Shown here: positions 17,174 through 27,341 of the stretch, in pieces
Position numbering within the stretch: the first letter of the stretch is position 1
Layout: the number at the start of each line of letters is the position of its first letter
From: a virus
Virus record (IMG/VR): IMGVR_UViG_3300042991_000483
Span: 7,299-71,298 of that record
Reading direction: 5' to 3' (one strand)
DNA length: 64,000 nt
Notes under the pieces: generated by a model
Told to the model about the DNA's origin: nothing
Seen by the model: the letters and a program-made list of their open reading frames with translations, nothing else
Database searches by the model: none
Program-made: the position numbers and the translations under genes

Positions 17174-19624
17174 TTAGCACTTACTATCTCCGCAAGATAC
17201 GCAACGATCACAGCCATTTTCTTTGATGACGGCAAGATTTTTGCATCTAGGACAGAGGGAGTACTCGTACGCTCCCTCAGCCAAAAGCGTCTTAGGCTTA
17301 CTTGCCTCAGTAACACCTTCACTACTTTCGACGCTAGCAAGAAAAAACTTCAGAGCGAAGGCAGCTGCTTGCGAGAGACCGCTGATGAAAGCGTGTTTTC
17401 CGGTGGTGATATCTTCGGAAAAAGCGCCGGGGAGAGCAATGATATCCATGAGTTCATCTATGACCCAATGCGAACTCACTCCATGTGCAGCGTCCCTGCG
17501 CAGAAGCGCAGTCAAGAGAATGCTTAGTTGTTTCGCCTGAGGCTCATCCTCCGGCTTCTTTGTGACGATGGATATTTCCACCGGCTCTCCAGTAATCGGG
17601 TCTCCGGCGATGCTGATTCTGGCTTTGTGAGTGGGGCAGTACTTGATCGCGTACACCCTGCCATTGAGCACGGCCGGGCGAGGGGTGATCATATCCTTGG
17701 AGTGCTTGAAGAGCTTCCGAATCAGAGAACGACTCTCTTCTTTTCCGGTCTTTAGAACTCCCTCGCGGCTTCCCTCTCGGTAAACCGTAATGCCCTTGAG
17801 ACCCGCTTTCCAGGCCTGCAGGTAGATTTTGGAAACGTCGTCTATAGTCGCGGTGCTGGGAAGATTGATGGTGCTGGAGACGGCGGCGTCTATGTAGCTT
17901 TGGACGATGCTCTGCATCTCCACCCTTAGTTCAGGGCTGAGGTCATGGGCAGTAATTAGATACTCGGGGTAGTTAGTGGAGCCGGTAGCCCTCATGTAGT
18001 CCTTGATTACGGAGACGTACTCGGTGAACTCTCTGTCGCCGTCACTGAACTTGACCCGCCTCGTAAACGAAGGAGCGAAAATGGGTTCGATGCCGGAAGA
18101 AACTCCTCCTAGTATCTCAGAGCCTGTCCCGACTGGTGCGACGGTTAAAAGGGTGACGTTGCGGACTCCATACTTCTTCAGGTTCTTCTCGAAGTCCTTG
18201 TCTCCGAACTTACTGACTTCGTCCAATAGGCGCTGCATGTACCCGGACTTAGTAAACTCATCGAACTTGAACTGCGGGAAGGGGCCGAGTTCCTTTGACA
18301 TCTCCATAGATGCAGTGTATGCTGAATGAGCCAGAGTGAACATGATCTCTTTGACAATCTTTTTCGATTGCTTGCTGCCGTAAGCGACCCCAAGCTTAAA
18401 GAGCATGTCGCCGAGACCGGTGATTCCCACCCCTATTCTACGGTCTCTAAGTGTCGCCTCATCCTGTCCCTTAACCGCTTGCTTGCCAACGTTATAGTCC
18501 ACTACTAAATCCAAGAACTTCACCGTGTCCCTCACAAGCTCTCTCAGCCTTTCGTAGTTCAGAGCGGCTTTGGGAGTGAAAGGGTCTGAAACAAGAGCGG
18601 AGAGGTTGACGTGTGCGAGGTTACAGTTACCATGTACGGGTAGAGGTTCTTCTGCACAAGGGTTTGTACTAGAGAGGGGAGCGTAGTATTCACCATTATG
18701 CTCAGACACCATCTTATCCCAAAACAAGAGCCCCGGCTCTGCCGTAGACCAAGCGTTCTTGATGATGTTCTCCCACAACGCCTTCGCCTTGATTGTCCTA
18801 GTCACCATCTTTTGTTCACCGTGAATCTCGCCGGACCACTTCAATTCGAAGTCTGAATCCTTCTCCACGGCTTTCATGAATTTATCAGTTAACCGAACAG
18901 AGAGGTTGGCGTGATTGACGGAAAAGGTAGGGGAGATGGCGTCCTTCAGGTCTTGAAAAGAGTTCTCGCCTCGCACATATTTTGCGATAGAGTCATCTAT
19001 AGAGCACCTATCATACTGTTTGAGATTGATGAAGTCGAAGATGTCTGGATGATCGACCCCCATAGTCACCATCAACGCCCCTCTACGGTTGTGTTGCCCG
19101 ATGGTGCCGGTGGCTTTAGAGAAGATGTCTATGAAAGAGGCAGCACCAGTGCTACTCCTGGCGGCGTTGTTAACTTGCGCACCCTTGGGCCTAAGCTTAG
19201 AGACATCGAAGCCGAAGCCACCGCCGTGGCTGAACGTCAACACCATCTCCAATAATGTGTTGAAAATACCCTCGAGGGTGTCGTCGGGTGGAGTTCCTAC
19301 GTAGCAGTTAAACGCAGTGACACGCCCGTCTCCACCTATGGCAGAAGTGATCCTTCCCCCGGGCACTACCTCGCCGTTGTTCAACATCGTGAAGATCTTG
19401 TTCTGTACCTCTACTTCCTGGGTCAGGTTCAAGGCTAGTCTACGCCAAACCTCTTCCTTGGTTGTTTCTAGGAGTTCGTCGTCAACCCCAGTCTTGCAAT
19501 ACTTCGCAAGAAAAATAGCCGCCGACTTTCTGCTGTTCCGCATCTCCTGCATGATCTTAGCTAGTTCGGGAGGGATAGTGGCGTCTTCAGAGTAGAGAAT
19601 GGACAGAGCATCCTTCAGTTTCAT
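17174..19624 (-). CDS. nrdJ: Ribonucleotide reductase class II (B12-dependent)
   Basis: PGGRI, FNCY, GGGFG, RRGALM, TNPCAEEPL, CNL, VAPVGT, SSGIEP, SSTINLP and KGITVYR motifs; C-terminal Cys-rich tail. Confidence 0.93.
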   Translation of the reverse strand: MKLKDALSILYSEDATIPPELAKIMQEMRNSRKSAAIFLAKYCKTGVDDELLETTKEEVWRRLALNLTQEVEVQNKIFTMLNNGEVVPGGRITSAIGGDGRVTAFNCYVGTPPDDTLEGIFNTLLEMVLTFSHGGGFGFDVSKLRPKGAQVNNAARSSTGAASFIDIFSKATGTIGQHNRRGALMVTMGVDHPDIFDFINLKQYDRCSIDDSIAKYVRGENSFQDLKDAISPTFSVNHANLSVRLTDKFMKAVEKDSDFELKWSGEIHGEQKMVTRTIKAKALWENIIKNAWSTAEPGLLFWDKMVSEHNGEYYAPLSSTNPCAEEPLPVHGNCNLAHVNLSALVSDPFTPKAALNYERLRELVRDTVKFLDLVVDYNVGKQAVKGQDEATLRDRRIGVGITGLGDMLFKLGVAYGSKQSKKIVKEIMFTLAHSAYTASMEMSKELGPFPQFKFDEFTKSGYMQRLLDEVSKFGDKDFEKNLKKYGVRNVTLLTVAPVGTGSEILGGVSSGIEPIFAPSFTRRVKFSDGDREFTEYVSVIKDYMRATGSTNYPEYLITAHDLSPELRVEMQSIVQSYIDAAVSSTINLPSTATIDDVSKIYLQAWKAGLKGITVYREGSREGVLKTGKEESRSLIRKLFKHSKDMITPRPAVLNGRVYAIKYCPTHKARISIAGDPITGEPVEISIVTKKPEDEPQAKQLSILLTALLRRDAAHGVSSHWVIDELMDIIALPGAFSEDITTGKHAFISGLSQAAAFALKFFLASVESSEGVTEASKPKTLLAEGAYEYSLCPRCKNLAVIKENGCDRCVSCGDSKC

Positions 19625-19728
19625 TTGTTTTCCTTATAAATGCGGATGGCGAAGTCTCCAACGAGTAGGGAAAGCATATATTCCTCAACGAGGCACGACA
19701 TTGATAGTAGCGTGAAATGAGGATACAA

Positions 19729-19756
19729 AGAGAGGACCACCGAAGTGGTCCTCTCA
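19729..19756 (-). terminator. Intrinsic terminator
   Basis: gagaggaccac-cgaa-gtggtcctctc hairpin (UUCG loop on the minus strand). Confidence 0.75.
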
Positions 19757-19812
19757 TTTGCTAGGATCCCGATAGGGAGCCCGTAACTGTTTCCACACTT
19801 GGTGGATCAGAT

Positions 19813-20826
19813 TTACTTATTCATGTGCTCAGCAAGGTATTTAGCGAGACGAGCCTTGCGGTTGACATAGGCCTGAGACTCTTTGAGGGCGGGCTTCACC
19901 GCCTTCTTCGACTCTTTGATGCCGGTAGCGGACTGGTTCTGCTCACCGGATTTTAGGTCAGTGGGCTTCTTCTCTTTCTGAGGTTCGCCGACTGCGGGAA
20001 ACTCCTTGGCATTCTCCAAGCTATCCTTGGGGTCTGCGAGATCCTCACCAGGGACGGGATTCTTCTCAACGGTGTCTTCGAGAGTATCCACCGCGTCCTC
20101 GGCACTCTCTTTCAAAGCAGCAGCACGACGAGCGCGAGACTCAGCAAGGTGCTTACGGATCAGTTGCAGACGAGCTTCACGGAGCTTCTTGGAATCAGTA
20201 ACGGGCTTCTCACCCTTACCGGGGCTCATGTCAGCAGGCTTGCGACCCTTGAGGAGTTGCTTTGGCTTTTCGGCGCCAAGGGGACCACCGCATTCCCTGC
20301 AAAGCCCCTCTGCCATCGCCCGGCGGCGCTCGGCAAAACGCTGACGACGAGATTCCATCATCCGCTCCTGCTGTCTACGCTCTAGCCACTGCTCGCGGGA
20401 CTCACGCACGGGTCCACGAGACTCACGCATCTCAGCGAGACGTGCGGCTCTGGCTTCACGGAGACGATCCCTACGAGCTTCCTCGCGAAGCTGCTTTGCC
20501 TTGGCTTCGTAGATCCTGGCTTTCCTCTCACTCAAGGAAGCGCGCCTACGACCCTCGTGGTAGGGAATGGGTCCGTCTTTCTTCCCCCTGACTGCGTCCT
20601 CCATCTTGCCTCCGGCGTTGCCATCGCCCTTGTAAGACATGGAATCGGCGGCGCCGTAGCCACGAGCCTTGGCGTTAAAGGGATCCTTCTCTTCCTTGCG
20701 AAGCTTCTTTTTACTGGCTTCTGCTAGGAGGTGACGACGACGCGCTTCGAGGAGGCGCTGACGACGGGCCTTGCTCTCTCTCAGCATCTCCGGATTCATA
20801 CGAATAAGTTTCATGTTGTTCTCCAT
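19813..20826 (-). CDS. R/E/K/A-rich protein, candidate internal head protein
   Basis: Many [LIMV]xE-[SA] motifs; AGAATATA motif upstream. Confidence 0.65.
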   Translation of the reverse strand: MENNMKLIRMNPEMLRESKARRQRLLEARRRHLLAEASKKKLRKEEKDPFNAKARGYGAADSMSYKGDGNAGGKMEDAVRGKKDGPIPYHEGRRRASLSERKARIYEAKAKQLREEARRDRLREARAARLAEMRESRGPVRESREQWLERRQQERMMESRRQRFAERRRAMAEGLCRECGGPLGAEKPKQLLKGRKPADMSPGKGEKPVTDSKKLREARLQLIRKHLAESRARRAAALKESAEDAVDTLEDTVEKNPVPGEDLADPKDSLENAKEFPAVGEPQKEKKPTDLKSGEQNQSATGIKESKKAVKPALKESQAYVNRKARLAKYLAEHMNK

Positions 20827-20903
20827 TAGAGTCTGTTACTGTCTCGTCATCCCAGAGACTCTTCTCCGGGCTGCCTACTTGCCTACCATCGTATATTCTT
20901 TTT

Positions 20904-21131
20904 TCATCCTCCATCAGGTTTTGGCGGTGGAACGGGATCGGACGAAGACGGCGCATAGTCCGTCTTGTAGAAGCCTGCCCCGTTGAATTTAAGGGACGGG
21001 ACGGAGAAAACCTTATTCACGTTTCCCCCACACTTAGGGCACTCTCCAACAGGAGGAGAGGAAAGGGTTTGCAACTTTTCGAACTTGTTATTGCAGTCTA
21101 CACAAAGATACTCGTAGATGGGCATGTGCAT
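20904..21131 (-). CDS. FmdB-family zinc ribbon protein
   Basis: MPIYEYLCVDC..CPKCGG..FNGAGFYKTDY. Confidence 0.9.
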   Translation of the reverse strand: MHMPIYEYLCVDCNNKFEKLQTLSSPPVGECPKCGGNVNKVFSVPSLKFNGAGFYKTDYAPSSSDPVPPPKPDGG

Positions 21132-21141
21132 CTCCTCTTCA

Positions 21142-22194
21142 CTACATCGGCAAACTATCCACAAAGGCGCTATAATCCTCTGCGTTTTTGAACGCCATTT
21201 TCCAAGCCGCTTCTAACCTATCCTTCGGGACTAGGGTCACATAGAACATGTAGTCGAAGATGACAGGCTTGATTAAGTTGGCGTTGTCGAACTTGTGGAT
21301 TTCTATATGCTCTGTTCTCTTTATCATCCTCAGATGTTTTCCCAAGGACTTGATCACCTTTTTAGTATCCAGAGAGTCCGAGTAGACGAGATTTCCGAAT
21401 TTATTGAACACGGACTCTATATAGTCCTCACCCTCTAACTCGGCGTCCCCCTCTGCCTCAGTAAGGAACATCCTGTTCTCGGACAAGTACTCATGCGGAT
21501 CTGCGGGACGGGTGGTTATCTCTTGTGAGGGATGTTCGACGTCGTAGAATTCTTGAGAGATGGCGAGAGGGAAGGCGTAGATGGCGAAGCCGTGTATCTG
21601 CTCCAGGTCGTCTACCTTACGCGTGTCTATTTCTATGGACGCCCCCACGGAATTGTAGTCATCGGGGTCAGGCTCTGATACGAACTCTTCTGGAAGATAG
21701 TGGTACACCTGAGCCACGAATTGTTCTATGGACTTAGTAGGATCCTTAGTCAATATAACCTTACCCGCGTTCGGGATCGTCTCCTCCTCAGGAACGGTAA
21801 CTACCTCCAGGTTGATGTCCTTCACGAAGTAGTCTCCAGGAACTCCTCTAGAAGCAAACCCAAAAGTGCCTACGAAGAAGGCAGCGTGTTCAAATTTCCC
21901 GTTGACGAACTCCACGAGAACGACGGAGGGGTCTCTAGACATATCGGAGCCTAGAGCATGCAAGAACGTGGTCGTGTCCTCTCTCCCGATCTCCAAGAAA
22001 TAGTCCCAGTCGTTTCGTAGGCCCAGCCCCGAAGAGCCGAAGACATTCATAACGACCTTCGCCATATCCATTGAGGAGTGGGAGAGGTTGGAACGGAAGT
22101 AAGCGGAAACGGCTTCTCCCGTGGCCCTAATCGCCCCCACGACTTTATTATTGACGTCTGGACGGAGCGGCTGTAGTTGGCGAACGATAGGCAT
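21142..22194 (-). CDS. Hypothetical protein
   Basis: 350-aa ORF translationally coupled to its neighbours. Confidence 0.7.
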   Translation of the reverse strand: MPIVRQLQPLRPDVNNKVVGAIRATGEAVSAYFRSNLSHSSMDMAKVVMNVFGSSGLGLRNDWDYFLEIGREDTTTFLHALGSDMSRDPSVVLVEFVNGKFEHAAFFVGTFGFASRGVPGDYFVKDINLEVVTVPEEETIPNAGKVILTKDPTKSIEQFVAQVYHYLPEEFVSEPDPDDYNSVGASIEIDTRKVDDLEQIHGFAIYAFPLAISQEFYDVEHPSQEITTRPADPHEYLSENRMFLTEAEGDAELEGEDYIESVFNKFGNLVYSDSLDTKKVIKSLGKHLRMIKRTEHIEIHKFDNANLIKPVIFDYMFYVTLVPKDRLEAAWKMAFKNAEDYSAFVDSLPM

Positions 22195-24896
22195 TACGCT
22201 TCTCCCTTTTCATCAGAGATACTCTTCTCAGGTCGCCCCCAGGTCTTTGAGAGTTTGCCCATGAAATACTTGAAGACGTTCTTCAGCACTTCAGAGAATT
22301 CTACGTCGTCAGACTCTAAGTTGGGGAGGGTAACTTCGGGGTCGAGTAGCTGTTTTGTGTTGAGGACGTTACCGGCTTGCTTCGCCGGAGTTTGGATGTA
22401 CCCGCCTTCTTTGAATTTCTGATACAATGCGGGTTTATGCTCCTTCACAACGTCGTTGAACAGAGTCTCTACGATGAGAGAGTAGATTTCATCGGTGGAA
22501 TACTCTCGCCCACTAGCAGGAATGAACTCAGTAAAGACGTAGTCAGCGGCTTTACTTATGCGAGTCTCAGTCACGTAAGACTGTATCACCCACTTGAAAT
22601 AGGATCCGATATTAGACCCGCGATCAACGTCTCGTCTGCTCTTCAGTGTTTCAGTGAACTCCGGGTCTACTAGCTTGGTGAAGATGACCTCACCGTCAGG
22701 ACTTTGGGAATAGTGCTTGAGAACGATTCCTTCTACGTTCTCGCCCAGCATCGGCTTGACGGCGGGGTTGAGCATACCCAGTATGTATTCGGTGAATGAG
22801 CCAGTCCCAAATAGCTTCTCTCGCCTTTCTTCTACCGGAGTAGAGAGGAAAGAGAGAATGGATGCCTTCTGCTCATCTGAGAGCCTGCCGCGGAAGATGA
22901 GGCTGATGGGCTCTGACTCTAGTAAAGTCGCTACTTCATTGATGGTGTCAAGGTCTTGATAGGCGCCACTGAACCTGACGTCGAAGACAACGAAGTTTCC
23001 CTTTGGAATACGTTTGTATAATATCTGGTTTTGTGTGGTGGATATCAACATCTCGCCGATGACCTGCGAATCATTAGGAAGAAAGTCGAAGTTGTTCGTA
23101 TTCTCTCGTATCGCTTCTAGTCTGGAAACGAGAATGTCCCAAGACCCGGAGAGCATCATCGGCTTTGTGAGGAAAAAGTTCTTGGTACGATACCGAACCA
23201 CCCCTCCCTCGTCTTTGATGATGCCGAACTGCTGCCCATCTACTTTTTCAGATACCCATACCTCTTCATTGAGGAGGACATCTAAGGCTTCTTTGCCTGA
23301 TTTTGTTTCCAGCATGTCCGAAGCATGTTCGATACTAAAGTACTTCTGGGTTGAATCTGATATTCGTCCGACGATATCGCCCTCTAGCGCCCGCGGGTCA
23401 TCAAGCTTCGCACTCACGCCTGAGACCTTACTCCCTATTACTTTCTGGATGTATTTTGCGAGTTCTCTTGTTCTTTCAGGACTAAAACTATCCTTGGGCT
23501 TAGAAATTTCTGCAAGGGTATCATCGGAGTAATCGGTTTCGAATATCGCACTCAACACCGCCGCCGAATCCTCCAAGTACGAGAGGACGTCCATGTCGCG
23601 CTCATTCAAACACACGCGCCGCAAAGACTGTGAGAAGGCGGAGTAGGGAATAGTTCTCTCTTGCAAACAGGCTACTATTGCGGATAAAAGCTTTTGTGGA
23701 GATTCCAATGCCTCGCCGTCATCGGGCAAAGACAATATAGTCATCGTCTCGTCCAGGCTCTCAGTGAGAGATTGGGAGCTTACCCGCTCCCCCTCACCAT
23801 CGTACCAGACCTCACAAAGCCCCTGAGATTGGGAGTAGCCGAGGGAGATGACGGCTCTATTGCCGAAGTCGTCGCAGACCTCGTCTAAAACGCAAGCCCC
23901 CGCCACCGCATCTAGAAGCCTGGAGGATACTAGACTCCCCGAAACCGGGACCCCACCCTCCGTCAATAAGTCTGCATAGTCTGTTCCCATTATGGCAGCG
24001 AACCGCTCCTTGGTCTTGTCACAGTCAAGTGGTGAAGGACCGGAAGGTCTCCCAGCAGATATGCACTCTCGCTCAAGGTGATCTATAAAGACTTCAACGA
24101 AGGTCGGCACCTCTGACTCTGAAAGAGATTTTACATATTCGGCAATAAGGCCCAAGACCTCATCTGGGCCAGCCACGCTCGACAGATTGATATCCCTACG
24201 GAGCACGGTTGATAGCACTGACAGCGGATTTCGGTTCACTAGCTCTTTGCCGCGCGGACGCCAAACCGGATTTCCAGTTCGAGTGATGCCAAACTCTTCT
24301 TTTTTCTTATAGACGCCACGAGCAGGGCGATAAGATAGCCTCTCACGGTTCTTGTCTTCAGACCTTAGCATTATAGAGCCGAGAAAACACCGCAAAAGCA
24401 AGTTCCTCTGTGAAGATGCTTTCTCCCAGTCCTCATTAGGCGGGATATGACCGTAGAAGAAGTCAAACCCTACCTCCTTCGGAGCGATAAAGAGATCGAC
24501 CTGCACTCTCTTCTTCGTCTTCCTACCCTCAGAATTGTAAATAGGAACTTGCATACTCACAAACCCTAGAGCAGTGGAAGCTCTGGTTTTGTACACTCCC
24601 TTTTCGTGCTTGAGCGACTCCGCAAATTCTTTGATTCTGTCACTGATGTCTTCGTCGAAGTCTTCTTCTGTTAAGTCAGGAAACAGTATCTCGGGAGGCA
24701 CGAGGAGGTCCAGGTCCCCCGAATCAGGCTTCTTCCCCGCACTTCCGAGCAGAGTCAGGTCTTGTTCAGATATCCCATAGTTGGCTAAGACATTAGACAA
24801 AAGAGCTATGAGCGTCGGATGAATACAGTCCTTTGGGATACGAGACGATCCCTCAAACTGGTGTCCACCTTCTGTCAAAACCAAGTCTACAGTCAC
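22194..24896 (-). CDS. Pol-beta-type nucleotidyltransferase fused to ATP-dependent (RNA) ligase domain
   Basis: N-terminal LGSAGKKPDSGDLDLLV..VQVDLF; C-terminal ligase motifs EKVDG, IGEM, FVVFDV, VEGIVLK and FTKL. Confidence 0.75.
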   Translation of the reverse strand: MTVDLVLTEGGHQFEGSSRIPKDCIHPTLIALLSNVLANYGISEQDLTLLGSAGKKPDSGDLDLLVPPEILFPDLTEEDFDEDISDRIKEFAESLKHEKGVYKTRASTALGFVSMQVPIYNSEGRKTKKRVQVDLFIAPKEVGFDFFYGHIPPNEDWEKASSQRNLLLRCFLGSIMLRSEDKNRERLSYRPARGVYKKKEEFGITRTGNPVWRPRGKELVNRNPLSVLSTVLRRDINLSSVAGPDEVLGLIAEYVKSLSESEVPTFVEVFIDHLERECISAGRPSGPSPLDCDKTKERFAAIMGTDYADLLTEGGVPVSGSLVSSRLLDAVAGACVLDEVCDDFGNRAVISLGYSQSQGLCEVWYDGEGERVSSQSLTESLDETMTILSLPDDGEALESPQKLLSAIVACLQERTIPYSAFSQSLRRVCLNERDMDVLSYLEDSAAVLSAIFETDYSDDTLAEISKPKDSFSPERTRELAKYIQKVIGSKVSGVSAKLDDPRALEGDIVGRISDSTQKYFSIEHASDMLETKSGKEALDVLLNEEVWVSEKVDGQQFGIIKDEGGVVRYRTKNFFLTKPMMLSGSWDILVSRLEAIRENTNNFDFLPNDSQVIGEMLISTTQNQILYKRIPKGNFVVFDVRFSGAYQDLDTINEVATLLESEPISLIFRGRLSDEQKASILSFLSTPVEERREKLFGTGSFTEYILGMLNPAVKPMLGENVEGIVLKHYSQSPDGEVIFTKLVDPEFTETLKSRRDVDRGSNIGSYFKWVIQSYVTETRISKAADYVFTEFIPASGREYSTDEIYSLIVETLFNDVVKEHKPALYQKFKEGGYIQTPAKQAGNVLNTKQLLDPEVTLPNLESDDVEFSEVLKNVFKYFMGKLSKTWGRPEKSISDEKGEA

Positions 24897-24906
24897 TCTC
24901 TGCCCC

Positions 24907-25260
24907 TTAAGACGGCTGTTCGCACGAAATGTCTATCCCCCCCAAGAGGGTTTCAAAGTCGGCGCCCCCCGATCCCGGCTTGACTCGAAATATCGGTGGT
25001 GCCATCTTCAAGGCTTCGTTAATAGCGTCAACTGCTGATACGACTGGAGTACCGAACACTCTCCCGTACTTGGACTTTAGGTGTCTGATACCAGCTTCAG
25101 TGAGGGAGACTCTCTTTGTATTAGCGTCAAACACGAGCATGCCCTCATTAAGGGCTCGCCTGATGACGTCCCTAGCTTCTACTATGCTATTGCTATTGCT
25201 ATTGTTTTTGCTGGAGTCTACAGATTGACGGACGCTGCCGCCCTCATCGTGCTTCATCAT
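24907..25260 (-). CDS. Hypothetical protein
   Basis: 117 aa; SD GGAG and AGAATATA motif upstream. Confidence 0.6.
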   Translation of the reverse strand: MMKHDEGGSVRQSVDSSKNNSNSNSIVEARDVIRRALNEGMLVFDANTKRVSLTEAGIRHLKSKYGRVFGTPVVSAVDAINEALKMAPPIFRVKPGSGGADFETLLGGIDISCEQPS

Positions 25261-25350
25261 CTTTCTCTCCTAAAGGATAATTTCTTCTTGCTCGTGTATA
25301 TTCTTGAAGACGGAGAGACGGGGTCATTCCCCTCCTGATCTCACCCAGGG

Positions 25351-25434
25351 TCCCTGGGTCCTGATCCCTGGGTCCTGATCCCTGGGTCCTGATCCCTGGG
25401 TCCTGATCCCTGGGTCCTGATCCCTGGGTCCTGA
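25351..25434. repeat. Perfect tandem repeat (TCCCTGGGTCCTGA) x6
   Basis: Six identical 14-mers in the divergent intergenic gap, preceded by an inverted partial copy ACCCAGGG. Confidence 0.95.
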
Positions 25435-25646
25435 TCTGATCATTATATTCCAGGACTGGTGACTCGAAACGATATAATACCCGTTATAGCGAAAAATGCC
25501 TCGCGTTTTTTCCTCAATGAAAATAAGTGATTTTGAAAACTGCATTCTTTTACCAGGCAGATATGCTGCCCCTGTTTTTGACAGAAATATTCGAAATCAC
25601 AGGCTTCTCCGCTATAATCTTCTCAAGGTCTAATAAGGAGACTTGA

Positions 25647-26711
25647 ATGCAGCCCTTCAAAAAGTGGAATCTCACCCCAGGATCTAAAAGTTCCGGTAGA
25701 CCCAGGAAACCAAAAGAGCATAATTTCAACAGGTCCGACCTTTTCCCACCTGACGCAAAAGTAACTCTAGTCATAGACGGCTCCAACCATTTTGTTCGTA
25801 ACTGCTCTATTCCCAATCTCTCCCTCCTCACTAATCCAGCAGGACAAAAAACTGGAGGTATCTATGGGACCCTCAAATCTATTGTCTCTGAGATCAGGTT
25901 GTGGCGTCCCTCAACCATATATTTCGTGTTGGACAAGAGTGGTAGCCATCGTAAGAAAGGGATCCTCCCTGAGTACAAAGCGGGAAGAGGCGGAGGATTA
26001 CAGACCCAACTCACAGACAACTTAGACGACGCCGGAGACGCTATCCAAGCCGAGATCATGGAGCAGCGACAAGAAGCTGAAGCCAGGCAACGTCAACTAG
26101 ATGTTCTAGAAAAGCTACTTCCCAATATCGGTATCAGGTTTGTATCTGTCTCAGGCGTCGAAGCTGACGATCTCATCGGCGCGATAGCCTCCATACATCC
26201 TCACAGCGTCGTCTCCTCCACGGACACTGACTTCATTCAACTCCACGACGGTGTGAGTTGTGTGGTTTATAATCCAGCCACTGGCCGTATCCGTACCGTC
26301 GAAGATTTTGGTGTCATCGGTCGTTCCTACGCAATATTGAAGTCCGTCATCGGAGACCCCACAGATAACATCAGAGGCTTAGAACGGGTGGGCTGGAAGA
26401 CAATCATCAAGTGGTGTGACGGTTCATATCCCAACTCTCTAGAGGAGTTAAAACAGCAGGCCCAATCTAAGCCGGATAAGCTCGGACAAAAGATCCTAGA
26501 CAACTGGGAGATGGTAGAAAGGAATTTTTCCTTAATCAGCCTCCACCCAGACGTGACGATGGTGTACCCTCACCTGCTTCTCAAAATTAAAGCCTGGACC
26601 CAGAATCGCCCTCGCTTCTCGCTAAAAGATGCACTAACGATTCTGAAGCCTGAGAACATCGGCATGCAGATACTAACTGAAGCAATGGCTGTACTCACTA
26701 ACTTGAAATAG
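25647..26711 (+). CDS. 5'-3' exonuclease / flap endonuclease (Pol I N-terminal, T4 RNase H-like)
   Basis: IDGSN, YKAGR, VEADDLIG, STDTDFIQL and GDPTDNIRGLERVG motifs. Confidence 0.93.
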   Translation: MQPFKKWNLTPGSKSSGRPRKPKEHNFNRSDLFPPDAKVTLVIDGSNHFVRNCSIPNLSLLTNPAGQKTGGIYGTLKSIVSEIRLWRPSTIYFVLDKSGSHRKKGILPEYKAGRGGGLQTQLTDNLDDAGDAIQAEIMEQRQEAEARQRQLDVLEKLLPNIGIRFVSVSGVEADDLIGAIASIHPHSVVSSTDTDFIQLHDGVSCVVYNPATGRIRTVEDFGVIGRSYAILKSVIGDPTDNIRGLERVGWKTIIKWCDGSYPNSLEELKQQAQSKPDKLGQKILDNWEMVERNFSLISLHPDVTMVYPHLLLKIKAWTQNRPRFSLKDALTILKPENIGMQILTEAMAVLTNLK

Positions 26712-26721
26712 GAGGTCGCCT

Positions 26722-27303
26722 TTGAGCGATGACTTCGTCCTTCCCAGCCTACGTTTATCTAGTTTTCTTCCAATCATAGCCTCAGACGAGATTAGGAATA
26801 TGACCGTCGAAGCCTTCAAGCAATCTCCGGATTACTTCTGGACTCTCCCTTGTTCAGTTTCTGGTAAGTATCACGGAGGTGAGTCATTAGTAGACCACGT
26901 TGCGACGTGCTGCCTCGTCCTTACGAAGTCTGTCTGGCAGCAAGTCGGAAATTTATGGAATCCCACCACCAAAGACCTTACCCTGTCAGCGATGCTGCTC
27001 CATGATTGTTGGCGTTGCGGCTACCCTGGCAAGGAGCGTCGGTACAACGGTAACATTGGTACTGACTCAAAGCACCCGGAAATTGGCGCCGAGATGCTCC
27101 GTGGGATATGGGGACCAGGTGAGCATGCAGATCGAATCGCTGAGATGGTGGAGTGGCATTACGGACCCTGGGGTATCCATAAAACCGAGTTCCTTTCTGA
27201 TCAGCGCCCCTTGCCGTGGTGGGATCCTCGGATCATGATACACACTATCGACGCACACAACGCCTGGAATTCGCAATACATCAAAGCCAACTCCGCTAAC
27301 TAA
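26722..27303 (+). CDS. HD-domain phosphohydrolase
   Basis: PCSVSGKYH, LVDHV, LLHD, HPEIGA and HYGPW motifs. Confidence 0.85.
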   Translation: MSDDFVLPSLRLSSFLPIIASDEIRNMTVEAFKQSPDYFWTLPCSVSGKYHGGESLVDHVATCCLVLTKSVWQQVGNLWNPTTKDLTLSAMLLHDCWRCGYPGKERRYNGNIGTDSKHPEIGAEMLRGIWGPGEHADRIAEMVEWHYGPWGIHKTEFLSDQRPLPWWDPRIMIHTIDAHNAWNSQYIKANSAN

Positions 27304-27341
27304 GGTAGTCGTTCTATCTCACTTGCGTCTAAGGAGAGTTC

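Noticed and set aside
109-25228. Plus-strand ORFs over the structural module, and similar antisense or RNA-overlapping ORFs elsewhere
   Set aside because: Shadow frames of well-supported genes or tRNAs, with no SD or recognisable motifs
25351-25434. CRISPR array
   Set aside because: Contiguous 14-mers with no spacers; no cas operon (the 44524 nuclease is a stand-alone replication-module exonuclease)
25324-25545. 73-aa ORF with GPRDQDPGIRTQ repeats
   Set aside because: Translation artefact of the 14-bp DNA repeat
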